Positions 50,153-59,613 of a stretch of DNA of 64,000 nt are shown here, in pieces. The notes beneath the pieces were generated by a model. The model worked only from the letters and a program-made list of their open reading frames with translations. It had not been told where the DNA came from and made no database searches. This DNA comes from Gammaproteobacteria bacterium (GTDB taxonomy: Bacteria > Pseudomonadota > Gammaproteobacteria > Pseudomonadales > JADFDG01). Within the stretch, counting starts at the first letter, position 1. Each line of letters opens with the position of its first letter. The stretch spans positions 46,195 through 110,194 of the forward strand of contig JADFDG010000011.1 of assembly GCA_018262975.1 (NCBI GenBank). The letters are read 5' to 3'. Made by a program: the position numbers and the translations under genes.

Positions 50153-52015
50153 TCACCAGCCCGGATACTTCCGCCAGATCCGATCATTCAGTTCCTGATT
50201 GCTGCTGTACTCCCCGATATCCCAATCCCTGAAGGCATAAAGGTCCCCTGCGAGCTTCGCGATCACCTCGCGAAGCTCCAGGGGTTCCAGCCATTTCTGC
50301 GGAATCGATTTCACGCCGTAGAGAGCGCCCAGCAGGTTGCCGGTGATCGATCCGGTCGAGTCGGAATCGCCGTCGTGGTTCACCGCGAGCAAGACGCCCT
50401 CACGAAAGGTGCGGGCGACGAGGGCGCAGTAGACCGAGATGCCGAGTGCTTCCTCGGCGACCCAGCCTTGGCCGAGTTCGCGGATGGCCTGTTCCGGCGG
50501 CATCTTCATGTCCGCTAGGATCTCGGCACCTTTGAGCGAGTGGATGGCTTCCTGAGAATCTTCTTGTGGCTCAAGGCAGGCAATGGCCACGCGCAATGCT
50601 TCGCGGATGGACGCGCCATCGGTGATGGCCTGGATCATCACGGCCAGCGCACCGCCGGTGAGGTGGCCGGTCGGGTGTCCGTGCGTGATTGCGGCCAGTT
50701 CCATGCCGACCTTGAACGTCTGGTGCGCATCCCAGCGCTCGCGTGCTCCGTACAGTCCGACGGGGGCAACTCGCATCACGCCGCCGCACCCCTTGCTGTC
50801 GTTATCGGCAGTGATCTCGCCGGGTCCGCTGCGCAACGCGCTCAGGCAGGTGTTGCCCGGCGCGCGGCGACTGTGCAATTCGGGATGGAAGAACAGCCAG
50901 CCGTAACGTTCGCTGGGAACCTTGGGCCGGAGTGGCGGCGTTTCCTTCTGGGTTTCCAGCCAGCGTTGATAGGCGTGTGCTGTGACGCCTGGGTAAGTCG
51001 TCAGGCCCTTGAAGCAGCCCCTTACATGGGCGCGCAGCAGTCCCTCGGCAGTGAACAGCGTCATCTGCGTGTCGTCGGTGATCTTGCCGATACCGCCATA
51101 GGCAGGTGCGTAGTCGGTGAGGCCCTTGGGGCCGAAGCGGCACAGAATTTCGTCCCGCTTCATGAACTCGATGGGCGCGCCCAATGCATCGCCCACGGCA
51201 CCGCCGAGCAGGCAGCCGAGGAAGCGGTTCTGGACCGTGCGCGCCTGCTGGCGCTTGCGCGTCCAGGTCGGGATTGCCGCCGCAGGTGGGGGCAGATCCT
51301 CCGGCTCATCCGCCACAGGCTCGTCGGGGTCAGCGGAATACGCATGGTGCGCACCCAGCTCCATGGCGACCCTGGCCGCCGGCCGGGGCGCGAGGGTGCG
51401 ATGCCGGCGCCAGTCCGGCAGCACGGTGCCGTCGTGGCTGATGCCGATGCCCTTTTCCCAGTAGGAGAGATAAGCCTCCCCGGCTTCCGAGGCGTAGACG
51501 TTGCCCATGCCGGCCGAGCAGTCGAGGGCGTACTCCCAGTTGTTCTCCCGCATGCAGACGGCGCCCTTGTACGGGCGTTGTGCGAGGCCGCAAAGGTATT
51601 CACAGCTCTTCCCGTCCAGGGGCCGGTAGACGGCGACCCGGAGGCGCCCGTCCTCCCGGCGGGTCATGGCGGCGATCAGCTCGCCGTCCCGTTGGATGGT
51701 GACGAGCTTGCCCTCCAGGTCGACTGGACCGATCTCCAGCCACCAGGACTCGCCCTCAGCCGTGACGGTCTCGCGTGGGTCGTCGGGGCTCAGCAGTTGG
51801 GCAAGGCGGTCCATGGCCGGCTCGAGGTCCCGCCAGCCGGTGGCCAGATCCCGGCTGCGCTCCTGAAGGCCCTGAAGGAGCAGGGCGAAGGGGAGGTGGC
51901 CGTCGGAGGTCAGGGCTTCCTGTACCTGGGCGGCCGGCACGGGGTAGGGGATGTCGGGCAGGCCGTACTGTTGGATGAGGTCGATCTTGAGGTGCAGGTC
52001 AGCAAGGCTGGGCAT
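50153..52015 (-). CDS. ADP-ribosylglycohydrolase family domain fused to an unknown N-terminal domain of about 300 aa
   Basis: 620 aa from the ATG at 52015 (MPSLADLHLKIDL...). C-terminal half: ...FLGCLLGGAVGDALGAPIEF..., ...ITDDTQMTLFTAEGLL..., ...AITHGHPTGHL..., ...GDSDSTGSITGNLLGALYG.... No clear SD, so the start is uncertain. The ORF track extends to 52258 through Pro/Arg-rich sequence. Confidence 0.75.
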   Translation of the reverse strand: MPSLADLHLKIDLIQQYGLPDIPYPVPAAQVQEALTSDGHLPFALLLQGLQERSRDLATGWRDLEPAMDRLAQLLSPDDPRETVTAEGESWWLEIGPVDLEGKLVTIQRDGELIAAMTRREDGRLRVAVYRPLDGKSCEYLCGLAQRPYKGAVCMRENNWEYALDCSAGMGNVYASEAGEAYLSYWEKGIGISHDGTVLPDWRRHRTLAPRPAARVAMELGAHHAYSADPDEPVADEPEDLPPPAAAIPTWTRKRQQARTVQNRFLGCLLGGAVGDALGAPIEFMKRDEILCRFGPKGLTDYAPAYGGIGKITDDTQMTLFTAEGLLRAHVRGCFKGLTTYPGVTAHAYQRWLETQKETPPLRPKVPSERYGWLFFHPELHSRRAPGNTCLSALRSGPGEITADNDSKGCGGVMRVAPVGLYGARERWDAHQTFKVGMELAAITHGHPTGHLTGGALAVMIQAITDGASIREALRVAIACLEPQEDSQEAIHSLKGAEILADMKMPPEQAIRELGQGWVAEEALGISVYCALVARTFREGVLLAVNHDGDSDSTGSITGNLLGALYGVKSIPQKWLEPLELREVIAKLAGDLYAFRDWDIGEYSSNQELNDRIWRKYPGW

Positions 52016-52029
52016 GAAGTGAGTCGGTC

Positions 52030-52071
52030 CTGTCGCGGGTGATGGCCTATTGCGCCACCGCCCCGCGACAG
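52030..52071. promoter_or_regulatory. Perfect 10-bp inverted repeat just upstream of the ARH-fusion gene
   Basis: CTGTCGCGGG (52030-52039) / CCCGCGACAG (52062-52071) with a 22-nt spacer, 15 nt from the proposed ATG at 52015. Confidence 0.3.
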
Positions 52072-52272
52072 TCGTTGTCGCAGAGCAAGACCATTCGCAT
52101 CGATGTAGAGGATGTCGAAACGGCGGGTGGCCCAAAGCATGCCGGGCGTAACCGGGACGTCGAGTATCTGGAGAAAATCTGGCAGGCTCACATGGAGGGC
52201 TGTACCAAACATCGCCTGAAGTGATATCTACTATCCGTGCAACATCAACCGTGCTCACAGGGCCATAGACCC

Positions 52273-52539
52273 ATGCGTAAAGTTGTAAATTTCATATGCG
52301 CAGTCCTCATGGCCGGCGTCGGAATCTACCTCGCGATTTCAATTGGCATACTTGTTTTCATATTCACTGGGCAACTACAGGTCGGCAATGACTTGGGCGA
52401 CGGCAATGTCGTTCCGTCAGTATCAACTCTGTTATTTTTTCAGGCGTCTTGTATTTTGTTCATGGCGATCTTGGTTCTGATACGAGCCAAGGTTGGGAAA
52501 CAATATGATTTCAAATTCCTACGGCCGAGAGGCATCTAG
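52273..52539 (+). CDS. Small two-TM membrane protein
   Basis: 88 aa from the ATG at 52273 (MRKVVNFICAVLMAGVGIYLAISIGILVFIF ... LLFFQASCILFMAILVLI). AT-rich codon usage like the surrounding island. Confidence 0.4.
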   Translation: MRKVVNFICAVLMAGVGIYLAISIGILVFIFTGQLQVGNDLGDGNVVPSVSTLLFFQASCILFMAILVLIRAKVGKQYDFKFLRPRGI

Positions 52540-52642
52540 CAATGTCTCTCAAGGATGTTGCTCTTTTCAACTGCGTAGGCTACGCAGCGCTACTGTTCAG
52601 GCCACGAAGCGCCAGCGGCAAAGTTCCTACAGCGGATCTTTC

Positions 52643-53461
52643 CTAGATCATCCCGGCAGCTAACAATTGACGCTCGATTTCTAGCCAGGCCTTCTTGTTG
52701 TATTTCGGCGCAAGAGCACCAGTCCAGAGCCTGTGGAAATCATTGTGGTTCTTTCTCTTTTGACAATCGCAATGCTTGGCTCCGCCTCTACGAAGCTCGC
52801 ACTGCTCGTCGTGCTGTTCTTCTACTCTCTTACGCGCATTCGATACTTGTTTGCCTCTATCCTGGGCTAGTTCGCTCTGTATTCTCTGATCTTCTAGAAA
52901 AAGGTCTGGCACGCCTGCATGAAAATCATCAGGGTCAGAAGCTGGCGCGTCATGTCCATTAGCGATGTCCGTCTCGTCTGGTTCAGGGTAGAGGGATTCC
53001 AAGACATCCGGTGGCACGGGGAGAAGACTCTTCCCTATGCTTTTTATCGTCGAAATGGGCACAACTTCCAGAAACGTTTCAGTATTCGAGCGGTGAACAT
53101 TATTCTTTGCGTCGTGCCATTCCGATGTACGAGAAACGACAGCGTTGGCCATCCCATCTGATTTGTTCGGATAGATTCGCAACAGGCAATCCGTTCTGCA
53201 GGGCGCGGCATCGCTGGTCGCGTGATTATCGAGCCAATAACTAGGTCCAAGATCGAATGTGGCCTCAATGGAAGTGACATCAAATCTTACGAGTTTCATC
53301 GCAAAGGCTGCTACGCAGTCAGGTACGTCAGACGAAAACGTTCCAGAATTAGAGCGATCAACGTTATGGGCAACTATATCAATCCCGCAAGTCGTAACCA
53401 CGAAATCTTTGTGAAAAGTGCCATCTTCGCCGTCATACCGCTCTCTAACGTACATTTCCAT
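52643..53461 (-). CDS. Hypothetical protein (272 aa) immediately downstream of brxL
   Basis: ATG at 53461 with GGGGTG upstream. Same strand as and 60 nt after the brxL stop. Acidic middle and basic Cys/His-containing C-terminus (...GGAKHCDCQKRKNHNDFH...). No recognised domain. Confidence 0.5.
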   Translation of the reverse strand: MEMYVRERYDGEDGTFHKDFVVTTCGIDIVAHNVDRSNSGTFSSDVPDCVAAFAMKLVRFDVTSIEATFDLGPSYWLDNHATSDAAPCRTDCLLRIYPNKSDGMANAVVSRTSEWHDAKNNVHRSNTETFLEVVPISTIKSIGKSLLPVPPDVLESLYPEPDETDIANGHDAPASDPDDFHAGVPDLFLEDQRIQSELAQDRGKQVSNARKRVEEQHDEQCELRRGGAKHCDCQKRKNHNDFHRLWTGALAPKYNKKAWLEIERQLLAAGMI

Positions 53462-53521
53462 CGTCGCACCCCTATGCGCGGTCAGATTCCGCTATTCCAA
53501 CGCGGAAAAATATCAGGCTAC

Positions 53522-55561
53522 TTAATCAACCCCCAGCGCCTTGAACACAGCATCCACCGGATCAGCATAAAAGCTGGTCTGGAATTTTGTGAACAACTCC
53601 GCCGGAATCGTCGGAATATCCTTGGCGCTTGTCATCGGCATTGCCACGCGCTTTCCGCCCGCATCAAAAGCCACCTGCAGGCACTCGGCAATACTCTCGA
53701 CAGGCGTAACGCTGCCTCCCAAGCTCATGTCCCCCAGAACCACCAGCTGCGCTTGCGCAGGTCGCCCCATCAGGCCTGATGCGAACGCCACCAGGCTAGG
53801 TAGCGCCATGTGAGTGAGAGGGCCGGTGTTTTGCAGTTCAACCACGTGCAAGTGAAAGTCGTGATCTAAGACCTTGGCCGAAGCACTGATCCGCGCGGCA
53901 TTCGCCTTGAAGTAATCAAATGCGATCTTCACCTGCTCCTTGGCAGCGCTGGAGTTCCACAAGCCTGAGGTGGCCAATTTTCCAGTGCCCTTCGTGACCT
54001 GTAGCTCTATCCGGTACACCCCGGGCATTCCCTTGCTGCTCAGGCCGATCGTGTGGATAAAGCCTGGCTTGCCGGGGCCCTCAGGAATCAGACCGCCACC
54101 GCCTTGTTCCTTCACGGTCACAAAGCGTTCTTCCAGTGTCTGGTTGTCGATGTAGCTGAAGTGCACATCGTAAAACTCCATCCCGCCGATTTTCTTCAGC
54201 TGCTCCTTCACGCGGCGGCGCACCTGCAGTGCGTACTCCAGGCACAGGCGGACGTCTTCCTTGGTGAACTGGTCATGAGGGAAGAGCAGCTTGAGAAGGC
54301 CGGAAACCGTCTTGCGAACCGCAATGACATCCCGCTGATTCAGGTTGTTTCCCAACTTGAAGTGCTTGTCGATTGCATCGGCAAAACTGCGCTTGCGCAT
54401 TTCCCGAAAGAACTCAGCCAGGTAGTCCACGATCAGGCCGTACCTGTCGGTGAAATACTCAGGCCGCATCTTCGGGATCTCCCATCCTGGGATGTAGGCA
54501 TGAAAGCGGTCGAAGAACGCGGAATCGATCATTGCCTCAGGGAACGGCGCCAGCAGGTGGCTGGTTTTGACCAGGGACTCCACACTCTGGTTGATGTTGC
54601 CAACGAACACCATCGAGGCTGAGGCTTCCATCTGTTCACGGCCACGGGCAAAAGAACCCGAAGCCATGAAATCCTTCATAATCTGGACGCCGTCCTTTTC
54701 CTTGAAATTGATGCCGGCAACTTCATCAAATGCCACAACGTCCCACAGGCCAACCAGGCCAATGCGACGGCTGCTCATGTTGTAGAAAAGGTTGGCTACC
54801 GTCGTCTGGCCGCCGGAAACCAGAATGCTGTTCGGTGAGCATTCCTTGTAGATGTGGCTCTTGCCGGTTCCGCGTGGGCCCAACTCACAAACGTTGTAGT
54901 TGTTCTCTACGAAGGGAATCATGCGGGCGAGCAGATGCCACTGCACGGATTCATCCAGCGTAGATGGCTCCATTCCAATCGAGCGAATAAGTGCTTCCCG
55001 CCACTGCACAGTCGTTAATGCCGCGCGGCCGGCGAACAACTCCGGCATGTTCATGTTGGGCATTTGAATCGGCTTTAGAAGCGTCACGCCGAAGGGAGAT
55101 CCGGACTGACCTTCTTCGTGGTAGTAACTCAGCGTTGCGATTACCCATATGCCACCAACAAGCAGCTTCTCGTATTCCTTGACGATGCTGGCCGAAATCT
55201 CGGCGTCCTTGATCCCGAGGTTGCTGAAGGCCGCCTCATAGCGGTCCTTCTTTTCATTCAGGCGAACTGTGACGCGGTCGATAACCTTGTAAGTTCCACG
55301 CTCACGCACCAGTGATTTGACCTTCTCCGCCTCATCGGGGCGAACATAGTTGTCTGCCAGAACGTTCTTGACGTTCTTTAGTCCCTTTTCAATGATCTCT
55401 GGATCATCGGATGCGCAATACATGCCAAGCAAGTACTCAAGAACATACACCGGCACATTGGCGCCTTCCTTGATCAACTTGGTCAGGTCTTTGCGCACCA
55501 CGCGGCCGGCGAAGTGCTCGTTCAGCAGCTGATCGAGATCCTTGTCCGTATCAATAGTCAT
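53522..55561 (-). CDS. brxL: BREX system Lon protease-like protein BrxL
   Basis: 679 aa. N-terminus ...LNEHFAGRVVRKDLTKLIKEGANVPVYVLEYLLGMYCASDDPE... is highly characteristic. Central P-loop ...LGPRGTGKSH.... Lon-protease-like C-terminus. Follows pglZ. Confidence 0.9.
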   Translation of the reverse strand: MTIDTDKDLDQLLNEHFAGRVVRKDLTKLIKEGANVPVYVLEYLLGMYCASDDPEIIEKGLKNVKNVLADNYVRPDEAEKVKSLVRERGTYKVIDRVTVRLNEKKDRYEAAFSNLGIKDAEISASIVKEYEKLLVGGIWVIATLSYYHEEGQSGSPFGVTLLKPIQMPNMNMPELFAGRAALTTVQWREALIRSIGMEPSTLDESVQWHLLARMIPFVENNYNVCELGPRGTGKSHIYKECSPNSILVSGGQTTVANLFYNMSSRRIGLVGLWDVVAFDEVAGINFKEKDGVQIMKDFMASGSFARGREQMEASASMVFVGNINQSVESLVKTSHLLAPFPEAMIDSAFFDRFHAYIPGWEIPKMRPEYFTDRYGLIVDYLAEFFREMRKRSFADAIDKHFKLGNNLNQRDVIAVRKTVSGLLKLLFPHDQFTKEDVRLCLEYALQVRRRVKEQLKKIGGMEFYDVHFSYIDNQTLEERFVTVKEQGGGGLIPEGPGKPGFIHTIGLSSKGMPGVYRIELQVTKGTGKLATSGLWNSSAAKEQVKIAFDYFKANAARISASAKVLDHDFHLHVVELQNTGPLTHMALPSLVAFASGLMGRPAQAQLVVLGDMSLGGSVTPVESIAECLQVAFDAGGKRVAMPMTSAKDIPTIPAELFTKFQTSFYADPVDAVFKALGVD

Positions 55562-55576
55562 GGGTTTTCTTTTGCC

Positions 55577-58204
55577 TCAAAAGAAATCGTCAGTGAAGGC
55601 CAGGTCAATCGTGACGCGATAGCGCTCCAGCTCGGTATTCATGTCTTTGTCGCGAATGATCATGAAGTAGTCCTTCTGGCGGTCAAAGTCTTTGCCAATC
55701 AGGGATAGCCGAATCTGCTTCATGCGCTCGGTCATTGAGTCAGTCGCGCAATCGAAGGTAACGACTTCTTCGCTTGAAACGGCCTTGTTGTCTTCATAGA
55801 TCGCCACGGCAACGGTAATTGGCAGTACTAGCTCGCTGACCGATTCCGTCTGGATAAGATCAAACCGCTGGATATGGGTAACCATCTTCAGCGATGACTT
55901 TGGCGAGATCACACCAACCTTTCTCTTTGTTCGCTTTTCGGCTTTCTCACCCCTCAGTTGGTTCACGGTAATAACCGGAACCACGATCTCCTGAGGCATC
56001 GCGCCGCCATGAACAAAACGGGCGCCACCAACAAAGTGGAAGCGGTTGGCCCCCTTGGGGATCCAGAACTGGGTATCCGAGCTGGTTCCGGCGGTCAGCT
56101 TGGTTGATCCGCGCCAAACATCCTTGGCGGCAGGCAGGCTGTGAGCGATCACATAGCGCTTCTTGCTTTTGATAGTGTTCTCTGGCTTCTCCACCAGGCT
56201 CGTGCGATCCGCTGCTTCCATTTTGCTTTGCTGAAACAAAAAGCCATGGTCAGCGGTAATCAATACCGTGCTTGTATTGAAGTGCATAAGTATCTTTTTT
56301 GTCAGTTCATTCAGCTCTTCAATGGCGTATTCGACGTGCTGAAAAGTATCTGACTCGGATTGGCCGCCACTATCACTTCGATCATCAATCACGTTGTGAT
56401 AGACATAGACCAACTGCTGGTCCTTGAGTGCTTCACGGCCAGCGTCGCGTGACCACTCCTTGATCTGATCGGCAGTGACTGCCATGCCATGGTACTGGGC
56501 GAGGATGGCATTCCGCGCTTGGGTTCCTGCGGTCGACTGGCTATCTACGAATACGTTGTCACCGCCGTCCGCGCGGTATTCGAGTGTCTTGTGGGGCAGC
56601 AGGGAGGCCATGCCCAATGTGGTGTAGCTAGGCAGGACACCCAGTTGACTCGTAAGCGTTGCTTCGCTGTAGCGCTTCTGGTTGATGCGCTCGCAGAGCT
56701 CAACAGCCGCTTCATACCGGAACGCATCGCTGATGATCACGACAACACGCTTGTTGCGGTGGCTATCTAGTTGAGGGCGAACAAAGTGCTCGTAAAAATC
56801 CTGCTGGCTCGGTATTCCCGACAAAGCCCAATGATCCAGCCGATGTTCAGACTCGATACGGTCACTCCAGCAGCGGCCTAGTTGGTCCAGGTACCAGGAG
56901 GCGTAACACTGTTCAACCGCGTCATCGAGTTTCTTGAGCAACTCCACATGCGCAAGCCGGGAAGCCGCAAAGTAATGCCGGTAAGACGTGTCAAATCGGT
57001 AGAGATCGCTTTGGTACGCCTTGTACAACGACTCCGTGCTGGAGAAGTGGAATCCCTCCACATGGTCGTGTCGTAGCGTGAATAGATCTATCGCTGCCGA
57101 CAGTGCCGAGTAGAGAAGGCGGTACTTGCGCCGTATTTCGTCGTCCTTATGACGTGAAGCCCAGTAGTTGTCGAGCCGGTCTGAAATGATTCGCGTAAAT
57201 TGAGACAGCTCTCTGGCTGAAGCGTCAGGGATGAACTTTGTAAGGTCTGAAACAATTTGTCGTTCAACGGCCTGAAAGGTTGCCGAATTGGCCAATGTCT
57301 CGACAGGGATATCTCGGATTCTCTCAGGAATACGCAGTGCATTACTGACCCAGTCGGATACGGCGTCATAGGACTTGTAGTGACGGGAGCTGTCACGCCA
57401 ACGCGATAGCAGCGAGCGGGACGTTGCGCGCGCATTGGCTGATGGCATTACGGTGGATGTAGCCCAGCCCGGGACATCGCCGATATTTTCGCAAAATGCT
57501 GTTGCGAGCAGGCGGATCAGGAAATGGCTGAAGTTGAATGGCTTCTCGCCATTGACCTCCTCGAGACTTGCCGGGTAGCCCACCTCTTCCCGGAGTGACT
57601 GCAGCAGGGTGGGCATCAGGCCGTATTTGTACAACTCATCTATGGCGACCGGGTTCGCATCGAGACCGTGTTCACCTTGAACAGCGGCATCGGCCAGTGT
57701 GCAGAGGAGGGTGGAAATATCCGAAGCGCTTGCACCGATGACGACAGCAATCATGGCCAGATCCAGCGCCTCGGGACTGTCCGTTGGCTGGATCAGGCGC
57801 TTCAGACTGTTTGTCCTGGCTTTACTGCTAAGGAATCGTTCACGTTTGGCCAGATGCGCGCGCAGGCTTTGCTGTTGCAATCCAAAGTCATTGAAGATCA
57901 GCGACATGCGATCGGCGTAGAAGCTGCGCGAATAGAGCTTGATGTCCAGAAGCCAGTCATCATTAGCTTCTGGTTCGGCGATTGGAAAATACAGCAGGTA
58001 CTTGCCTTCCTTGTCCTCGCATTCCAGCTTTAGCTTGAGGCCGAATGTGGACTGACCATGCATGTTCAATATATTCACGCCAGGCAGATCAAGCTGGTTC
58101 AGTTCGTCGGCAAAACTCTGCTCCGCGTCGTACCAGAATACGATGCGATGTCCTTCCACAAAGAAGGCACGCTTGAGGCCTTGGGTCAGTTGTTGGGTGT
58201 CCAT
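55577..58204 (-). CDS. pglZ: BREX alkaline-phosphatase-superfamily protein PglZ
   Basis: 875 aa from the ATG at 58204 (MDTQQLTQGLKRAFFVEGHRIVFWYD...). PglZ core ...VVVIISDAFRYEAAVEL...LGVLPSYTTLGMASLLPH...TADHGF.... The start overlaps the upstream stop (TAATG). Confidence 0.9.
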   Translation of the reverse strand: MDTQQLTQGLKRAFFVEGHRIVFWYDAEQSFADELNQLDLPGVNILNMHGQSTFGLKLKLECEDKEGKYLLYFPIAEPEANDDWLLDIKLYSRSFYADRMSLIFNDFGLQQQSLRAHLAKRERFLSSKARTNSLKRLIQPTDSPEALDLAMIAVVIGASASDISTLLCTLADAAVQGEHGLDANPVAIDELYKYGLMPTLLQSLREEVGYPASLEEVNGEKPFNFSHFLIRLLATAFCENIGDVPGWATSTVMPSANARATSRSLLSRWRDSSRHYKSYDAVSDWVSNALRIPERIRDIPVETLANSATFQAVERQIVSDLTKFIPDASARELSQFTRIISDRLDNYWASRHKDDEIRRKYRLLYSALSAAIDLFTLRHDHVEGFHFSSTESLYKAYQSDLYRFDTSYRHYFAASRLAHVELLKKLDDAVEQCYASWYLDQLGRCWSDRIESEHRLDHWALSGIPSQQDFYEHFVRPQLDSHRNKRVVVIISDAFRYEAAVELCERINQKRYSEATLTSQLGVLPSYTTLGMASLLPHKTLEYRADGGDNVFVDSQSTAGTQARNAILAQYHGMAVTADQIKEWSRDAGREALKDQQLVYVYHNVIDDRSDSGGQSESDTFQHVEYAIEELNELTKKILMHFNTSTVLITADHGFLFQQSKMEAADRTSLVEKPENTIKSKKRYVIAHSLPAAKDVWRGSTKLTAGTSSDTQFWIPKGANRFHFVGGARFVHGGAMPQEIVVPVITVNQLRGEKAEKRTKRKVGVISPKSSLKMVTHIQRFDLIQTESVSELVLPITVAVAIYEDNKAVSSEEVVTFDCATDSMTERMKQIRLSLIGKDFDRQKDYFMIIRDKDMNTELERYRVTIDLAFTDDFF

Positions 58205-59613
58205 TAACTCGGCGCCTGATCCTGTCGAATGGTGATGGCTTTCCAGCCATATTTTTCTTTTGCTTTGTCGTATGACATCACCGCAATGCCTGCGACGATG
58301 GTGCCTGTTGTGATGCCTTCGCACATTCCGGGTGGAACGAACAGGTCATTGTTTACGAATCCAAATCCCCTATCAGTGACCCGTATTTCACCCCTGAAGG
58401 AATTTATGTCAGGCGAATCAAAGGGTGCGATTGATTCGGCAGAGGAGACATCCTTCGAATCACTGCCCATATCACAGAGAATCCTGATGTATGTGCCCGG
58501 CGACGGAATTCTGCGATTCGGGAAAACACCTTTCCGGACAGAGAACGTTTGGCTTCTGTCTACGTATACGAAGGCGCCTTTGCCTGATTCGTGAACAGAC
58601 TGAACCACGCCAGAAAAATAGGTCGGGTCTGCCATGGCGACTTCATTGGCACCGACTGCCAACCCGGCGATGTACGCGTCGAGATCTTTGGTGTTCAGGG
58701 ATCCATCAAACCAGGCAGAGGACGTCAGGCCTACGACCTTGTCCTTCAATTGCCAGCCGTTCTGGTTATAGATGTCACAGAGTTTGATCAGCACTTTGGA
58801 CGCGTATTCATGGTCTCCGGTTTCGGCAAGCAGCTCTGCCATCTGTACCAGACCAGGAATACTGAACTTTGGATCGTGGGCGCAAGTTAGTCCGAATGCA
58901 GTCAAGGCAATTGCTTTCTTGGGATCATCCAGATAGGTCGATGCGAGGCCGAACCACGCCCAGGACTCGCCACCTTTCCTCTTCAATACCGAAGAATAGG
59001 CTTCACGAGCTTTATCAATTCGCCCTGCGGCCTTGAAGATCCTTGCCATGTCATAGTCGAGCCAAACCTTTCCCTGCGGGGAATCCTTTGCACATTCCTG
59101 GGCATGCTTCAGGAGCGCGATAACCCTTGCAGGATCAAGTTGACTGGTGCCGACCTGCTGGAGGTAGTTGGCTGCCACCATGTGCGCCAGTCGAGTCACT
59201 AAGCTCGGGGATTCACCCTTTTCGGTCTTGAAGGGCTCGTAGTCATTCGAGCTGAATATTGAGCGGCCGCTGCGCAAGATAAACAGGCAGATCGGCTCGC
59301 AGAACTTTCCTATACCCCGGAAGAGGTTCCATAGTCTGAAATCAATGAGTTCGTTGGGAAGCGTTATCTGCAGTGTCGATATGCGAGAAGCCCAAAAATC
59401 AATCTGCTTCTTCTCAAGGGTTGTCGGGGCAATGTTTTCGCGCGCTGTGATTGGCTCAATAAGCTGCTTTAAAGCGGAATAAATCACCCAGAATAGCGAA
59501 GTCTGGAGATATGTGTTTCCGGGATCTTGTTGAAGAGCCGGGAAGCCCTTCTGCCAGGCGGCCTCAAAGTCGCCTGTCGCTTTGATGTCCCTTATTTCGC
59601 TGATGATGCTCAT
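58204..59613 (-). CDS. Helical-repeat (TPR-like) protein with two C-terminal cold-shock/OB-like modules; BREX-embedded, unknown function
   Basis: 469 aa. The N-terminal 320 aa or so is helical with TPR-like stretches (...MARIFKAAGRIDKAREAYSSVLK...). aa 333-378 read GVVQSVHESGKGAFVYVDRSQTFSVRKGVF. aa 406-462 read FRGEIRVTDRGFGFVNNDLFVPPGM...G, a CSD-like GFGF signature. ATGA and TAATG overlaps link it to its neighbours. Confidence 0.6.
   Translation of the reverse strand: MSIISEIRDIKATGDFEAAWQKGFPALQQDPGNTYLQTSLFWVIYSALKQLIEPITARENIAPTTLEKKQIDFWASRISTLQITLPNELIDFRLWNLFRGIGKFCEPICLFILRSGRSIFSSNDYEPFKTEKGESPSLVTRLAHMVAANYLQQVGTSQLDPARVIALLKHAQECAKDSPQGKVWLDYDMARIFKAAGRIDKAREAYSSVLKRKGGESWAWFGLASTYLDDPKKAIALTAFGLTCAHDPKFSIPGLVQMAELLAETGDHEYASKVLIKLCDIYNQNGWQLKDKVVGLTSSAWFDGSLNTKDLDAYIAGLAVGANEVAMADPTYFSGVVQSVHESGKGAFVYVDRSQTFSVRKGVFPNRRIPSPGTYIRILCDMGSDSKDVSSAESIAPFDSPDINSFRGEIRVTDRGFGFVNNDLFVPPGMCEGITTGTIVAGIAVMSYDKAKEKYGWKAITIRQDQAPS

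Noticed and set aside
52016-52258. N-terminal 81-aa extension of the ARH-fusion ORF, and the 61-aa plus-strand ORF at 52039-52224
   Set aside because: The extension is Pro/Arg/His-rich with no coding character. The region contains a perfect inverted repeat and is more plausibly a divergent promoter region. The start at 52015 lacks a good SD, so this remains uncertain.
52571-52587. Hairpin CTGCGTA-GGC-TACGCAG between the small membrane gene and the 272-aa gene
   Set aside because: It is only a 7-bp stem without flanking A/T runs. It may be a weak terminator, but the evidence is not strong enough to list as a feature.
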